Origin: a bacterium
GTDB taxonomy: Bacteria > Zhuqueibacterota > Zhuqueibacteria > Residuimicrobiales > Krinioviventaceae
Assembly (NCBI GenBank): GCA_963674595.2
Contig: CAXXFV010000029.1
Coordinates: 1-64,000, forward strand
Direction: 5' to 3'
Length of the DNA stretch: 64,000 bases
Shown: positions 1 through 9,435 of the stretch, piece after piece
Position numbering within the stretch: position 1 is the stretch's first letter
Layout of the letters: every line of letters begins with the position of its first letter
Program-made: the position numbers and the translations under genes
The notes under the pieces: generated by a model
Database searches by the model: none
What the model was told of the DNA's origin: nothing
Seen by the model: the letters and a program-made list of their open reading frames with translations, nothing else

Positions 1-132
1 CAATTAAACCCGGTTTATCGGGGTAGATACGCCGCCTGATTTGCGCCTTGGGAAAATTCACAGGGCCAACGTAAGACCACCGAGAGTTTCAAGTCAACTT
101 GAACGGAATATTATTACACCTTGCCAATAGTA

Positions 133-1221
133 CTAGCTAAATTTTATTTCCTTTTCATAATAATTATTTAAGATAGAATTAACCATACGCTCAATAAACA
201 TAACTGTAGGTAAATTCCTAATTTCTTTAGCACGTCTAGGTTTTATTGGTTTCCCCATTTCTGATACAGGCAAACCGAATGGAATGTCCGTTTTTCCATT
301 CATATGCCAGCTAGTATGAGGTAACGGATAACCTGCGTGTAAGGTTAGACTTCTTTGAGTATATATAGAATTTATATATTTATCCAAATCTTCTTTTTTT
401 GCTTTTCCTGAATCCTCTTCGGAATCAGAATATTCCCAAAAATCTGATGGTAAATATTTTTTTATAAAAGATTTAAATTTTTTAGAAATAAAGTACTGGT
501 TCTTTATAATTTTATCCTTTAATTTTTTATTCAATTCTGGATCTTTTATGTTTTCATTAATTATTTTACCAACTCCTTGCCAATTTGAACCTAAACCAGA
601 AAAAGAAACACCAATTTCCATCTTATTAGACAGTATTTCAATAGCAGATACTAATGAAAGAAATGATAATTCTGGCTCTAAATCGATTATTTTTATAGCA
701 AAATTATATCTCTTTACAGCTTGAATGAATAGATAAAAATTTTGATTCGAATATGCTTTGGTTATTGAATTTAAAAAAGAATTAAAATCCTTTAATGGAA
801 TTGAATCAACTGGACCTTGTCTTCGCCCATGAGTGGAGTAAAATATCTCATTTATTAAAGGGGGGTCGACAAGTTTGTCAAGTTTTTTATATGGATTGTG
901 TGGACGGTCCTCTAACCTGCTAATACCAACAAAAGTGAATCTTTTTCTAAAATATAAAGACAATAATGCTGCAAGCTCTAAACCAATATCATATTGAGAA
1001 ATTGCCACATTATTAACAATTAGGTTTTCAAAAGATACATACAAGTCTGTTTCAAAAGGCCAACGATCACTTAAAATATGACTTATTTTTAAAAATTCAT
1101 TCTCAACTTCACCTGTAATTCTATTTTTTGATTCAACAACCAACTCAACTTTCTGTTTCTCATAATTTTCTGTTCCATTCTTGACTTTTGAGGAGGCTAT
1201 AAAAAAATCTTGTAAACTCAT
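133..1221 (-). CDS. ApeA-like HEPN domain protein (putative RNase/defence), integron-type cassette gene
   Basis: C-terminal RSLTLH (Rx4H HEPN motif) preceded by LSLVSAIEIL helix; starts just downstream of attC core GTTATAC (1250-1244). Confidence 0.65.
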   Translation of the reverse strand: MSLQDFFIASSKVKNGTENYEKQKVELVVESKNRITGEVENEFLKISHILSDRWPFETDLYVSFENLIVNNVAISQYDIGLELAALLSLYFRKRFTFVGISRLEDRPHNPYKKLDKLVDPPLINEIFYSTHGRRQGPVDSIPLKDFNSFLNSITKAYSNQNFYLFIQAVKRYNFAIKIIDLEPELSFLSLVSAIEILSNKMEIGVSFSGLGSNWQGVGKIINENIKDPELNKKLKDKIIKNQYFISKKFKSFIKKYLPSDFWEYSDSEEDSGKAKKEDLDKYINSIYTQRSLTLHAGYPLPHTSWHMNGKTDIPFGLPVSEMGKPIKPRRAKEIRNLPTVMFIERMVNSILNNYYEKEIKFS

Positions 1222-1362
1222 TATTTTATCTCATATTTATAAGGTATAACATAGTTTTAATATATTTCTATATCCGTATTTACAGTGGCTAAATACAAAA
1301 ATAGTTATACGGCACAGTTTTACGAAACCGTTTAGATAATTTTTTCTTAATCCTCATATAAT

Positions 1363-3086
1363 GGGGCTGTATCAAAAGCCCAAAAAACTGCAATTCAATA
1401 AAGTAATTTTAGTATTATTTAGAAACAAAGCCTGCTTTAAGAGAATCGGGCTTTATATTTTTTTAATTTCCTGATTTTTTATAGTATTTTCGGATATTAA
1501 ATGCCAAGCATAGCAACCCAAATTCATGGTTTACTTTTTCAATTCCCCTTAAACTAAATTTACTGAATTTTTGGTTTTTTTTGAAATCAGCAAACGGGGT
1601 TTCAACTTCATTGCCTCTTTTTTTACGGAGTTTTATACCTTTTTCAGAATTCAAATTCTCGCGGGCTTTTGCCTTGAATTTTTCCAATTCACGATTTATC
1701 TGCACTGTTCGATGGCCAGCACCTCTTTTACATTTTTCGGCATGTGAACAACCGCCACAATCTTCACATTCATAAACACGTTGTTGATTGAGGAACCCTG
1801 TTGCTGTTTTCCTGGTCCTTATATCCCGGAACCAGAGCGCTCTGTCTGCCGGACAATAGAAGCAATCCTGCTGCTTATCATATCTCATATTATCTCGATG
1901 AAAGATATTTTGACGAAAACTACGGCTTTGTTCTCGATGGAACGAACCATATTTCAAAAAGTTTTCTATTTTATATTCAGACAAAAGTAAATAGTTTTCA
2001 TGATTGCCATAGCCACAGTCTCCGGTATAGGTCTCTGGAATAAATTTTTCATTCCGCTTGACGATCTTGAAAAGATGGGCTGGAAAGCTGGCTGAGTCCG
2101 ATGCATTTTGACCAACAGAATAATTGACAAGAAATTGGTGGTTGGTACTGATTTGCACATTATAGGCAGGCCGAAGCGTTTCATCTTTCATTCGCATAAA
2201 GGTTGAGTCGGTGTCTGTTTTGGAATAAGAGTTGCGGCCGGCAAGTTTATTTTCCTGGTCCTCATATTTGGCCAATTTTTCCGATTCCTTCTTCAGCTTG
2301 TTGGCCCGGCTTTTTAAAGAGCGGGCCTTTTTCTTATTCCCTTCTTTTTCCAGTCGTTCGTTGATTTCTTCTGCAACCTTTTCAATGTTCTCAGCCGTGA
2401 TGTCCGAATGCTCTCCCCGTTCCGGTAGATCGCTTTCCCCATATTTCAAGTCCTCTTCAGCATTAAGCTCATCAATCTCGTGAAATAGGGATTGGACCCG
2501 TTGCTTTACAGCGGCTTTATAACGTTCGGTGTTTTTTCTCCACACATAGGTGTATTTACCTGCGTTTGCCTCAAATTTGCTGCCATCAACAAAATAATTT
2601 TTTAAATCAATATAGCCTTCTGCTTCTAGAAACAGCAATACCTGGCTAAAAATATCTTCCATCGTGTTGCGAAAGTACTCACTGCGAAAACGATTTACTG
2701 TATTAAAATCAGGACGGCTCATACCGGAAAGCCACATAAAGGGTAAATCTTCACGCAGTGCTTTGGCGATTTTACGACAACTATAAATATGACAAATATA
2801 AGCATATAAAATAACTTTGAGCATCATTCGCGGATGATAGGACGGTGTGCCGCCTCCGCTAAAACGATCTTCTATGGATTTTGAAGAAATTCGATCTATT
2901 ACAGAATCCAATACCCGGACCAGATGGTTTTTGTCTATAAATTCATCCAGGCTCGGTGGCAATAACATTATTTGGTTCTGATGGACTTCTCTAAACTTTT
3001 TCATCCGCTCCTACTCGTATTACTTTCCTTTTTTTAAAATTATACTTATTTTTTATCTTATTATAAAGAACTTTTGATACAGCCCC
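1363..3086 (-). mobile_element. IS1182-family insertion sequence
   Basis: Perfect 16-bp terminal inverted repeats GGGGCTGTATCAAAAG (1363-1378) / CTTTTGATACAGCCCC (3071-3086) around one transposase. Confidence 0.9.
1463..3004 (-). CDS. IS1182-family DDE transposase
   Basis: GGTPSYHPRMMLKVILYAY, PDFNTVNRFR, FVDGSKFEANA, SKTDTDSTFM, RGNEVETPFADFK motifs. Confidence 0.92.
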   Translation of the reverse strand: MKKFREVHQNQIMLLPPSLDEFIDKNHLVRVLDSVIDRISSKSIEDRFSGGGTPSYHPRMMLKVILYAYICHIYSCRKIAKALREDLPFMWLSGMSRPDFNTVNRFRSEYFRNTMEDIFSQVLLFLEAEGYIDLKNYFVDGSKFEANAGKYTYVWRKNTERYKAAVKQRVQSLFHEIDELNAEEDLKYGESDLPERGEHSDITAENIEKVAEEINERLEKEGNKKKARSLKSRANKLKKESEKLAKYEDQENKLAGRNSYSKTDTDSTFMRMKDETLRPAYNVQISTNHQFLVNYSVGQNASDSASFPAHLFKIVKRNEKFIPETYTGDCGYGNHENYLLLSEYKIENFLKYGSFHREQSRSFRQNIFHRDNMRYDKQQDCFYCPADRALWFRDIRTRKTATGFLNQQRVYECEDCGGCSHAEKCKRGAGHRTVQINRELEKFKAKARENLNSEKGIKLRKKRGNEVETPFADFKKNQKFSKFSLRGIEKVNHEFGLLCLAFNIRKYYKKSGN

Positions 3087-3179
3087 TTACAACTAATTTG
3101 TTATGCATTTAAACTTGCTATATTTTAGTGGACACAAAGTTAAGCACTTTTTATATTATAAACCAAAGGAGGTGTCCAC

Positions 3180-3476
3180 ATGACAAACAGAAGACGACGT
3201 TACACAAAAGAATTCAAAATAGAAGCTGTTCAGCTTGTACTTTCTAAAAGCAATGGTAATGCTTCAGAAGTTGCCAGAAATCTTGGTATTGAGCCTAACC
3301 TTCTCTCCAAGTGGGTTCGAGAATACAAAATTGATAAAGAACATTCCTTTCCAGGACTAGGGAACAGCAAAGAAAGTGATGAAATACAGAAACTGCGTAA
3401 AGAACTTGCAGACGTAAAACTGGAGCGGGATATATTAAAAAAAGCTGTGGCCATTTTCTCAAAACCGTCCCATTAA
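3180..3476 (+). CDS. IS3 transposase OrfA (HTH)
   Basis: RRYTKEFKIEAV...ERDILKKA; A7G slippery run at 3436-3443 for -1 frameshift into OrfB. Confidence 0.9.
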   Translation: MTNRRRRYTKEFKIEAVQLVLSKSNGNASEVARNLGIEPNLLSKWVREYKIDKEHSFPGLGNSKESDEIQKLRKELADVKLERDILKKAVAIFSKPSH

Positions 3477-3517
3477 AGTTTGGGTTTATCCAAAAGCATC
3501 AACAGGAATTCCCAATA

Positions 3518-4339
3518 GTGAAAATGTGCCAGGTTCTCAATGTCAGCCGGGGCGGGTTTTATACCTGGAGCAAGCGACCAATGAGTCAACGAGAACTGGA
3601 AAACAAAAAGATACTTGAACGGATCAAACATATCCACAAGGAATCCAGAGGAAGCTATGGCAGTCCCAGAATAACACAAGAGTTACATAAGGAAAACTTG
3701 ATTGTCAGCCGTCCGCGTGTTGCTCGTTTAATGAGAAAGAACAAAATTTGTGCAAAAACAAAACGTAAATTCAAAGTAACCACAAATAGTGATCACAGAC
3801 TGCCAATATCACCAAATCTTTTACAACAGAATTTTACAGTCAATCAACCCAATAAAGTCTGGGTTTCTGATATTACATACATCCCGACTCGCAAAGGATG
3901 GTTGTACCTGACAGTGATCATTGATTTATACAATCGCCAGGTTGTCGGCTGGGCCATGAGTAACAACCTGCATGCTTCTTCAACAACAATCCCGGCCCTA
4001 AAACATGCATATCATCGTTTTCGTCCTTCAACAGATTTGATTTTTCATTCGGACCGTGGTGTTCAATATGCATGTAAAGAATTCAGAAAAATGTTAGCTC
4101 TTTTTCAAATGGTCCAAAGTATGTCCGGAAAAGGAAACTGCTACGACAACGCTGTGGCTGAAAGCTTTTTTGGTACTTTGAAAAAAGAACTGATTTATCA
4201 TCATACTTATGAAACACGATTAATTGCGAAGCAATCAATATTTGAATATATTGAAATATTTTACAACCGAAAAAGAATTCATTCCTTTTTGGGCAATATG
4301 TCACCAGTACAATTCTTAAAATTTAATAAAGCAGCTTAA
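3518..4339 (+). CDS. IS3 transposase OrfB (DDE/rve)
   Basis: WVSDITYI, FHSDRGVQY, GNCYDNAVAESFF motifs. Confidence 0.92.
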   Translation: MKMCQVLNVSRGGFYTWSKRPMSQRELENKKILERIKHIHKESRGSYGSPRITQELHKENLIVSRPRVARLMRKNKICAKTKRKFKVTTNSDHRLPISPNLLQQNFTVNQPNKVWVSDITYIPTRKGWLYLTVIIDLYNRQVVGWAMSNNLHASSTTIPALKHAYHRFRPSTDLIFHSDRGVQYACKEFRKMLALFQMVQSMSGKGNCYDNAVAESFFGTLKKELIYHHTYETRLIAKQSIFEYIEIFYNRKRIHSFLGNMSPVQFLKFNKAA

Positions 4340-4372
4340 ACTTAACTAGGTGTCCATTTTTTTATTGCAATT

Positions 4373-5419
4373 TCAATTAATTGATAATAATTCTAAGATG
4401 TATTTTGCCCTTAAGAGCTCTATTTTATTTTTTCTTGATTTAACTATATCATTACAGATAAATTTTGCTTTATCAATATGTCCAGGTATTTTTCTTGAAT
4501 AGTATAAATATTTAGCCAAATTGGATTTGGAAATCAATATATTCGGGTTCAATAGCAAAGACTCTGTTAAATCAGGATGATTCTTAACACCTTCTAATGC
4601 TGGATTAATATAGAGTTCTAAATATTTCAAATTAAGTTTCTCAGTTATTTCATCCATTTTTTGAGGAAGTAAATTGTTATAAAGGCACTCTTCGAAACAT
4701 ATGATTGCAATTTTAGATTTTGTTCTATCTTTAGCTGACTCTTCAACAAAACGATGAAATGGATTTTCATTATTTCTATTCTCCTGCAAATTAGTTTCTA
4801 AAAGACGGTTCACATTGTTGAATGCAGCAGTACCAATTTCGTAAAAATATTCAGGTATACGTGAACGAAGTTTTTTTGCCTCAATAGGATCAAAAATTTC
4901 ATATAAAACTTTTATTACTGTTGGCAATTCTTCTAATTGTGAATCTATACAAATTTTACTTATATCACCGGAAAAAACAGAAAATTTAGACTTTGTGGAA
5001 TTTATTATTGACGGATAATTTTTAATATCTTTTAGTAATTCCTTATCATTTTTCTCTTCATCCTTTAAAGTCTGTACGAAACCAATAATGGGGTAGATAA
5101 AATAAAATAATTCTCCCAATTTATTTTTTGTTGGAGTAAATTTAAAGGACAATATGAATAATATTATAATAACAGGCCATGACCACCCACCAATATAAAC
5201 ACCTAATAAATTCCTAAGAAAACTTAAAAATAAAACATCAAATACAATAAATATTAATATCATTAAATTAGTATATTTAAAAATTGTATTGACAAACAAT
5301 GTCTTATTTTCAATATAATCCAATAAATGCTTTTCAGTATCAAAGGAATTTTTAGAATATTCATTTATTGTTTTAAAAAATGCTTTAAGATTTTGATCGC
5401 TAAGATTATATATTTTCAT
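4373..5419 (-). CDS. Hypothetical membrane protein, cassette gene; current stop codon supplied by the IS3 end
   Basis: Two N-terminal TM segments; RBS GGAGG; removing IS3 restores ...AAT GCA TAA inside the attC R'' box. Confidence 0.75.
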   Translation of the reverse strand: MKIYNLSDQNLKAFFKTINEYSKNSFDTEKHLLDYIENKTLFVNTIFKYTNLMILIFIVFDVLFLSFLRNLLGVYIGGWSWPVIIILFILSFKFTPTKNKLGELFYFIYPIIGFVQTLKDEEKNDKELLKDIKNYPSIINSTKSKFSVFSGDISKICIDSQLEELPTVIKVLYEIFDPIEAKKLRSRIPEYFYEIGTAAFNNVNRLLETNLQENRNNENPFHRFVEESAKDRTKSKIAIICFEECLYNNLLPQKMDEITEKLNLKYLELYINPALEGVKNHPDLTESLLLNPNILISKSNLAKYLYYSRKIPGHIDKAKFICNDIVKSRKNKIELLRAKYILELLSIN

Positions 5420-5438
5420 TAGGTACCTCCATTATATT

Positions 5439-5566
5439 GCATAACGCTTTGTTCACGCGCGCCGTGAACAGCGAATCGACTTGACGAACAAAATCCGCAA
5501 ACCAAGTTGACAGCGAAGCTGTCAACCGTGACGGCTGGCGCCGTCGCGTGCAACAAAATGTTAGCT
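5439..5566 (-). other. attC recombination site
   Basis: Minus strand AGCTAAC-ATTTTGTTGCACGCG ... CGCGTGAACAAAGC-GTTATGC imperfect palindrome; GC-rich island between two AT-rich ORFs. Confidence 0.8.
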
Positions 5567-5581
5567 GCTGATGTTAGGATA

Positions 5582-6697
5582 TTATAAAAGACGTAATGTA
5601 TAAATGAATTCGTCTAACGTTTTTTGGGAACTCTCGTTAATAATAATTTGATTTCGGTTGACCGTTATAATATGTCTATCTAATAATTCTTTTACCAAAT
5701 GTTCACTTTGTTCGAATATGTAAGGTCTTTCATTAGGCGAATGAGCCATTATATCTATGCTCTGTTCGTGAAATTCTTGATATTCTTTTTGTTTCAAATT
5801 ATATATTCGTAAAAGTCTCTTTATCCTTGGAGTATCGGCCAACAATTCTTGGATTCTTGCAAGTGTAGATTCGCCACGGTCTAGGTAGATATCGAAGATT
5901 ATTTCAGATGATTCATCAAATTCAACCTTTGCATTTTTCCTAAACTTATCAATCGTCTTCCGTTTTTTCTTTGTATCAATAAAGGTAGAAATTCTGATGA
6001 TGGGTGTGAAAATTATCGTAGCCGAAATAGCTATAACAAATAAGTAGAACCAAAATCTGCTAAAATGAATTAGGAAGTTTCCGTGCAAAAGTTTTTTAAA
6101 AAATCCAACATCTTTAACAGAATCCTGAGAAGTATCGACTATATCGAAAGTTTTTATGCCTGCGACTTTTCCAAAAGTTTGGATCGAAGAAGTTGATTCT
6201 ATTTCGGTAATGGATAGAATTTTTATAACAAAAAAATCTTTTCTATCAAACATAATGCTTGAAAGGAAAACTTTGTTAAGTGTATCCGTTCTTATTGTTA
6301 GATTCTTTGTAATGTAATCTGAACTACTATTAATGATTTGTGGTTTTTCAATTATTTTTGAATTTGAAATTTCAAATCCCCAAATATCGTTCTCGTCAAA
6401 TGATTCTTTGAGAATATGAACATTACCTGTATTAATAATTTTGATAGTTGTAATTCTGAGTTCTTGATCAAAGTTTCGTATTTTCTCACCGCTGTAAATA
6501 ATATCGAGTTTGCTCAGATTTTCTTTTAAATCAAGCACACTAGTATTTGTCAATATTTCAAACTTTATGCTTGGGTTTTCTTTGTAGATAAATGTTGTAT
6601 AAATTGCACTTCCCAAGCCTAAAATTCCAATTATAAAACTCCAGAATGACCATGAAAATTTGTTGTCTAGATTTTTTATCTTTTTCCACAACTTCAT
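5582..6697 (-). CDS. Hypothetical membrane protein (TM - beta-rich domain - TM), cassette gene
   Basis: Long ORF bounded by attC-like sites; motif pattern shared with 14971..15870. Confidence 0.75.
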   Translation of the reverse strand: MKLWKKIKNLDNKFSWSFWSFIIGILGLGSAIYTTFIYKENPSIKFEILTNTSVLDLKENLSKLDIIYSGEKIRNFDQELRITTIKIINTGNVHILKESFDENDIWGFEISNSKIIEKPQIINSSSDYITKNLTIRTDTLNKVFLSSIMFDRKDFFVIKILSITEIESTSSIQTFGKVAGIKTFDIVDTSQDSVKDVGFFKKLLHGNFLIHFSRFWFYLFVIAISATIIFTPIIRISTFIDTKKKRKTIDKFRKNAKVEFDESSEIIFDIYLDRGESTLARIQELLADTPRIKRLLRIYNLKQKEYQEFHEQSIDIMAHSPNERPYIFEQSEHLVKELLDRHIITVNRNQIIINESSQKTLDEFIYTLRLL

Positions 6698-6723
6698 ATT
6701 AATGTTTTCTCAATTGTTATTCA

Positions 6724-6946
6724 GCATAACATAGTATTTAACGAGTTGGATAACTTGTTATAGATTGCTAAAGTTTGTCGTATAACAAAATCAGGCAATA
6801 AAGTACAAGTTTCATAAAATCAAAAGATTGTTGCTTGATAATGATGCCTTGTGTTTTATGTTATACGACCTGGATAACATAACTACTCATTTTTACGATA
6901 TATCATCAATCGTGATGCGAAACAAATACATAAATCATTGTTATAT
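6724..6946 (-). other. Long attC-like site
   Basis: Minus strand ATATAAC-AATGATTTA ... TAAATACTAT-GTTATGC with internal inverted repeat GTCGTATAACA/TGTTATACGAC. Confidence 0.55.
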
Positions 6947-6954
6947 ACAATAGT

Positions 6955-7119
6955 ACGCAATCTCATCCTCGTAAGTACTTTTTTACTTCCCATATATTAA
7001 TTTTAAAGGTGGTAAATCAGCAAAAGGTATCAGGCTCTCCCGTGCGCGACCAAATTGTCCTGAAAAATTATCCTTTTGTCTGATAGAATAATGATACAAA
7101 CTTTTTATTTTTCCCGCAA
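6955..7119 (-). ncRNA. Promoter + structured RNA element, copy 1 (3'-truncated)
   Basis: TTGCGG-17-TATCAT, ATCAG start at 7084, hairpin ATCAG-ACAAAAGG..TCAGG/CCTGA..CCTTTTG-CTGAT, then TTACCAC...CGAGGATGAGATTGCG. Confidence 0.7.
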
Positions 7120-7154
7120 GCTGTTTTTACAAAATTTATCCGCCCCCTTTATCA

Positions 7155-7185
7155 CAAAAAAAAGCCCCGCATTCCTGCGGGGCTT
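7155..7185 (-). terminator. Intrinsic terminator ending the phage-like leftward operon
   Basis: AAGCCCCGCAGGAATGCGGGGC followed by a T8 run on the minus strand. Confidence 0.85.
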
Positions 7186-7271
7186 GACAAGCGATTGAAT
7201 TCCATTATGATTGGTTTTCAGCTCAATCGATAATCACCACCTCCTTTTAGAAAAACCGACATTTATAGCTA

Positions 7272-7760
7272 TCATCTCACATCAATCCAAACGCGGGCGA
7301 CGCTGCCCTCAACATCCACATTAATATACAGCGTCGCAATGACATAATCCGCGTTGGAGGCGTCTACCGTGCCGGGGTTGCGCAGGGCTTTGCTGACAAA
7401 GACCCTGTTTTCATCGACAAAAGCGTTGGCCACAAGATCGTAATCGGCGCCGCTAAACAGATCGCCGTCGTCTTTTTTGGCCTTGCCGTCCTCCAGCACC
7501 AGTTGCGCCGGACCGTCCCAGAACAAATCGAACTGAATGCCGTCAAACCCGGCGCTGCTGTTGACGTAAACGTCTATTACGAATTCCGTTGTTTGCGTCG
7601 CCGTCAACACCGCGTTTGTAACAACCACATCGACCAGTTCGGTGGCGCCCTGGTCGTCTATCACTTGAACGACCTTGACATTCTTCAGTTCCAAATTTAT
7701 GTCTGCGGCGCGAACAAATGCGGCCGCCAGCATCAGCAGCATAAAAACTGTCTTATTCAT
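7272..7760 (-). CDS. Secreted cohesin-like domain protein
   Basis: Signal peptide; FVIDVYVNSSAGFDGIQFDLFWD ... IATLYINV resembles the cohesin strand pattern. Confidence 0.6.
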   Translation of the reverse strand: MNKTVFMLLMLAAAFVRAADINLELKNVKVVQVIDDQGATELVDVVVTNAVLTATQTTEFVIDVYVNSSAGFDGIQFDLFWDGPAQLVLEDGKAKKDDGDLFSGADYDLVANAFVDENRVFVSKALRNPGTVDASNADYVIATLYINVDVEGSVARVWIDVR

Positions 7761-8317
7761 TTTATGGCTCCCTGTTGTGATTGTGCGATAAACAAGTCCT
7801 GCAGGTCAATGCCGCGACTGCGGTTGAGGTCATAGATCAGCGAATAAAAAGAGTGGCCGAAATAGCTCCCCTGCCGGTACAGCATTAAAAAATAGTCCTG
7901 AATGTCTACCACGTTATCGAAATTAAAATCGCAATACAGCATGTCGGTGATGCAAAACAGGTCTGCAGCCGGTTGGGACATGCCGGATTCGTTACCGCTG
8001 TTGTCATAGGCGGTCACGCGAAATTCCATCTCTTTATAATATTCGCCGCTAAACTGCGCGGTAAACGCGCACTCGGTAACCGGGTGCAGCAGGTCGGCAA
8101 TTTGCGTATAGCCGCTGTCTGTTTGCAGGTACACGCGGTAACCGGCAATGTCCGGTTCGGTGTTGGGGTCCCAGTGCAGCTTAACGGTCGGGCCGATGGT
8201 TTTGGGCCAGGCCCGCGCCTGCATCATCAGCACCAGCGCCATGATAAAAAACACGGCAAACATGAGCAGCAGCGCCCGGTTGTCGTTGTTCATGAGGTTT
8301 TTCCATGTTGTCTTCAT
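7757..8317 (-). CDS. Fibronectin type III + dockerin-like protein
   Basis: LHWDPNTEPDIAGYRVY...FRVTAYDNSGNES (FN3) followed by duplicated Ca-loop motifs DFNFDNVVDIQDY / DLNRSRGIDLQDL. Confidence 0.75.
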   Translation of the reverse strand: MKTTWKNLMNNDNRALLLMFAVFFIMALVLMMQARAWPKTIGPTVKLHWDPNTEPDIAGYRVYLQTDSGYTQIADLLHPVTECAFTAQFSGEYYKEMEFRVTAYDNSGNESGMSQPAADLFCITDMLYCDFNFDNVVDIQDYFLMLYRQGSYFGHSFYSLIYDLNRSRGIDLQDLFIAQSQQGAIK

Positions 8318-8334
8318 TTAAATGCCTCCAAAGC

Positions 8335-8721
8335 TCAGTTTTCATTCATGCCCAAAAACCGGTAAACGGTATTGCGGTTGACCTGCAGCCGCCGCGATAC
8401 CCGGGAAATGTTGCCATTGCAGGCCTTTAAGTACGTCTGGGCCAGCACTTTTTGAAAGTCTTCTCTTATCTGCGAATAGTTTTTGCCGTTGGGAATAAAC
8501 TCGAAACAGCCGATGGGGTCAGGCTGCACCTGGATGACCACTTTGTCCAGCTCTTTTGCCAGGAACACGGCGTGGTCCGGGTCGTCGGCATCGATGTCAA
8601 AAATCCGCCGCACATTGTCGTTGGTTTCCTGTCGCAGTTTTTCAATGTCGGCCAGACACAGTTCCGGCACAAACCGGTATTGCTCGCGTGCGATCCAAAT
8701 TTTGGCTACCAGAAATCTCAT
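8335..8721 (-). CDS. Protein with C-terminal Fis-type HTH
   Basis: LKACNGNISRVSRRLQVNRNTVYR. Confidence 0.7.
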   Translation of the reverse strand: MRFLVAKIWIAREQYRFVPELCLADIEKLRQETNDNVRRIFDIDADDPDHAVFLAKELDKVVIQVQPDPIGCFEFIPNGKNYSQIREDFQKVLAQTYLKACNGNISRVSRRLQVNRNTVYRFLGMNEN

Positions 8722-8788
8722 AACTCACCTCTGTGGTTTTCCTTCAATTTCTTTAGTTAACATAAAACAAAGCATGTGCCCTGCCCAC

Positions 8789-9410
8789 CCTTCGACTCCG
8801 CTCAGGGTGACACCCTTTAAAAACGCTCAAGGTGACACTGTTCGCCTTAACCTCTCACAATGTTCACAAAGCTCACAAAGGATGATTTAAATTGGTATTT
8901 CCTTGTGTACGCAGTGTATCTATGCATTCAATGTGCTTTGTGCCCTTTGTGAAAAATCAAACCTAGCCATTCAAAATTTAACTCTCACACCCAACACCGG
9001 GACGCCGAAACCTTGGTGTCCTTTGTGTTAAAAAAATGCGAAACCAATGCATTCGGGATTTCATCCCCAATGCCATAAAGTGTCGCCCTTCGACTCCGCT
9101 CAGGGTGACACCCTTTAAAAACGCTCAGGGTGACCCTGTTCGCCTTAGTCTCTCACAATGTTCACAAAGCTCACAAAGGATGATTTAAATTGTCATTTCC
9201 TTGTGTACGCAGTGTATCTATGCATTCAATGTGCTTTGTGTGCTTTGTGAAAAATCAAACCTAGCCATTCAAAATTTAACTCTCACACCCAACACCGGGA
9301 CGCCGAAACCTTGGTGTCCTTTGTGTTAAAAAAATGCGAAACCAATGCATTCGGGATTTCATCCCCAATGCCATAAAGTGTCGCCCTTCGACTCCGCTCA
9401 GGGTGACACC
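8789..9410. repeat. ~299-bp tandem duplication of a REP-rich block
   Basis: CCTTCGACTCCGCTCAGGGTGACACC at ~8789, ~9088 and ~9386 with near-identical intervening sequence. Confidence 0.85.
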
Positions 9411-9435
9411 CTACTGTCACCCGAAATCTCATAAC

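Larger units (their letters stand above)
1244..3106 (-). other. attC site split by IS1182 (arms 3106-3087 and 1362-1244)
   Basis: Minus strand GCATAAC (3106-3100) ... GTTATAC (1250-1244); GCATAAC is the exact complement of the GTTATGC opening the upstream cassette at 5445-5439. Confidence 0.7.
3110..4375 (+). mobile_element. IS3-family insertion sequence
   Basis: Imperfect 26-bp IRs (TAAACTTGCTATATTTTAGTGGACAC / GTGTCCATTTTTTTATTGCAATTTCA) and 3-bp target duplication ATT (3107-3109, 4376-4378). Confidence 0.9.
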
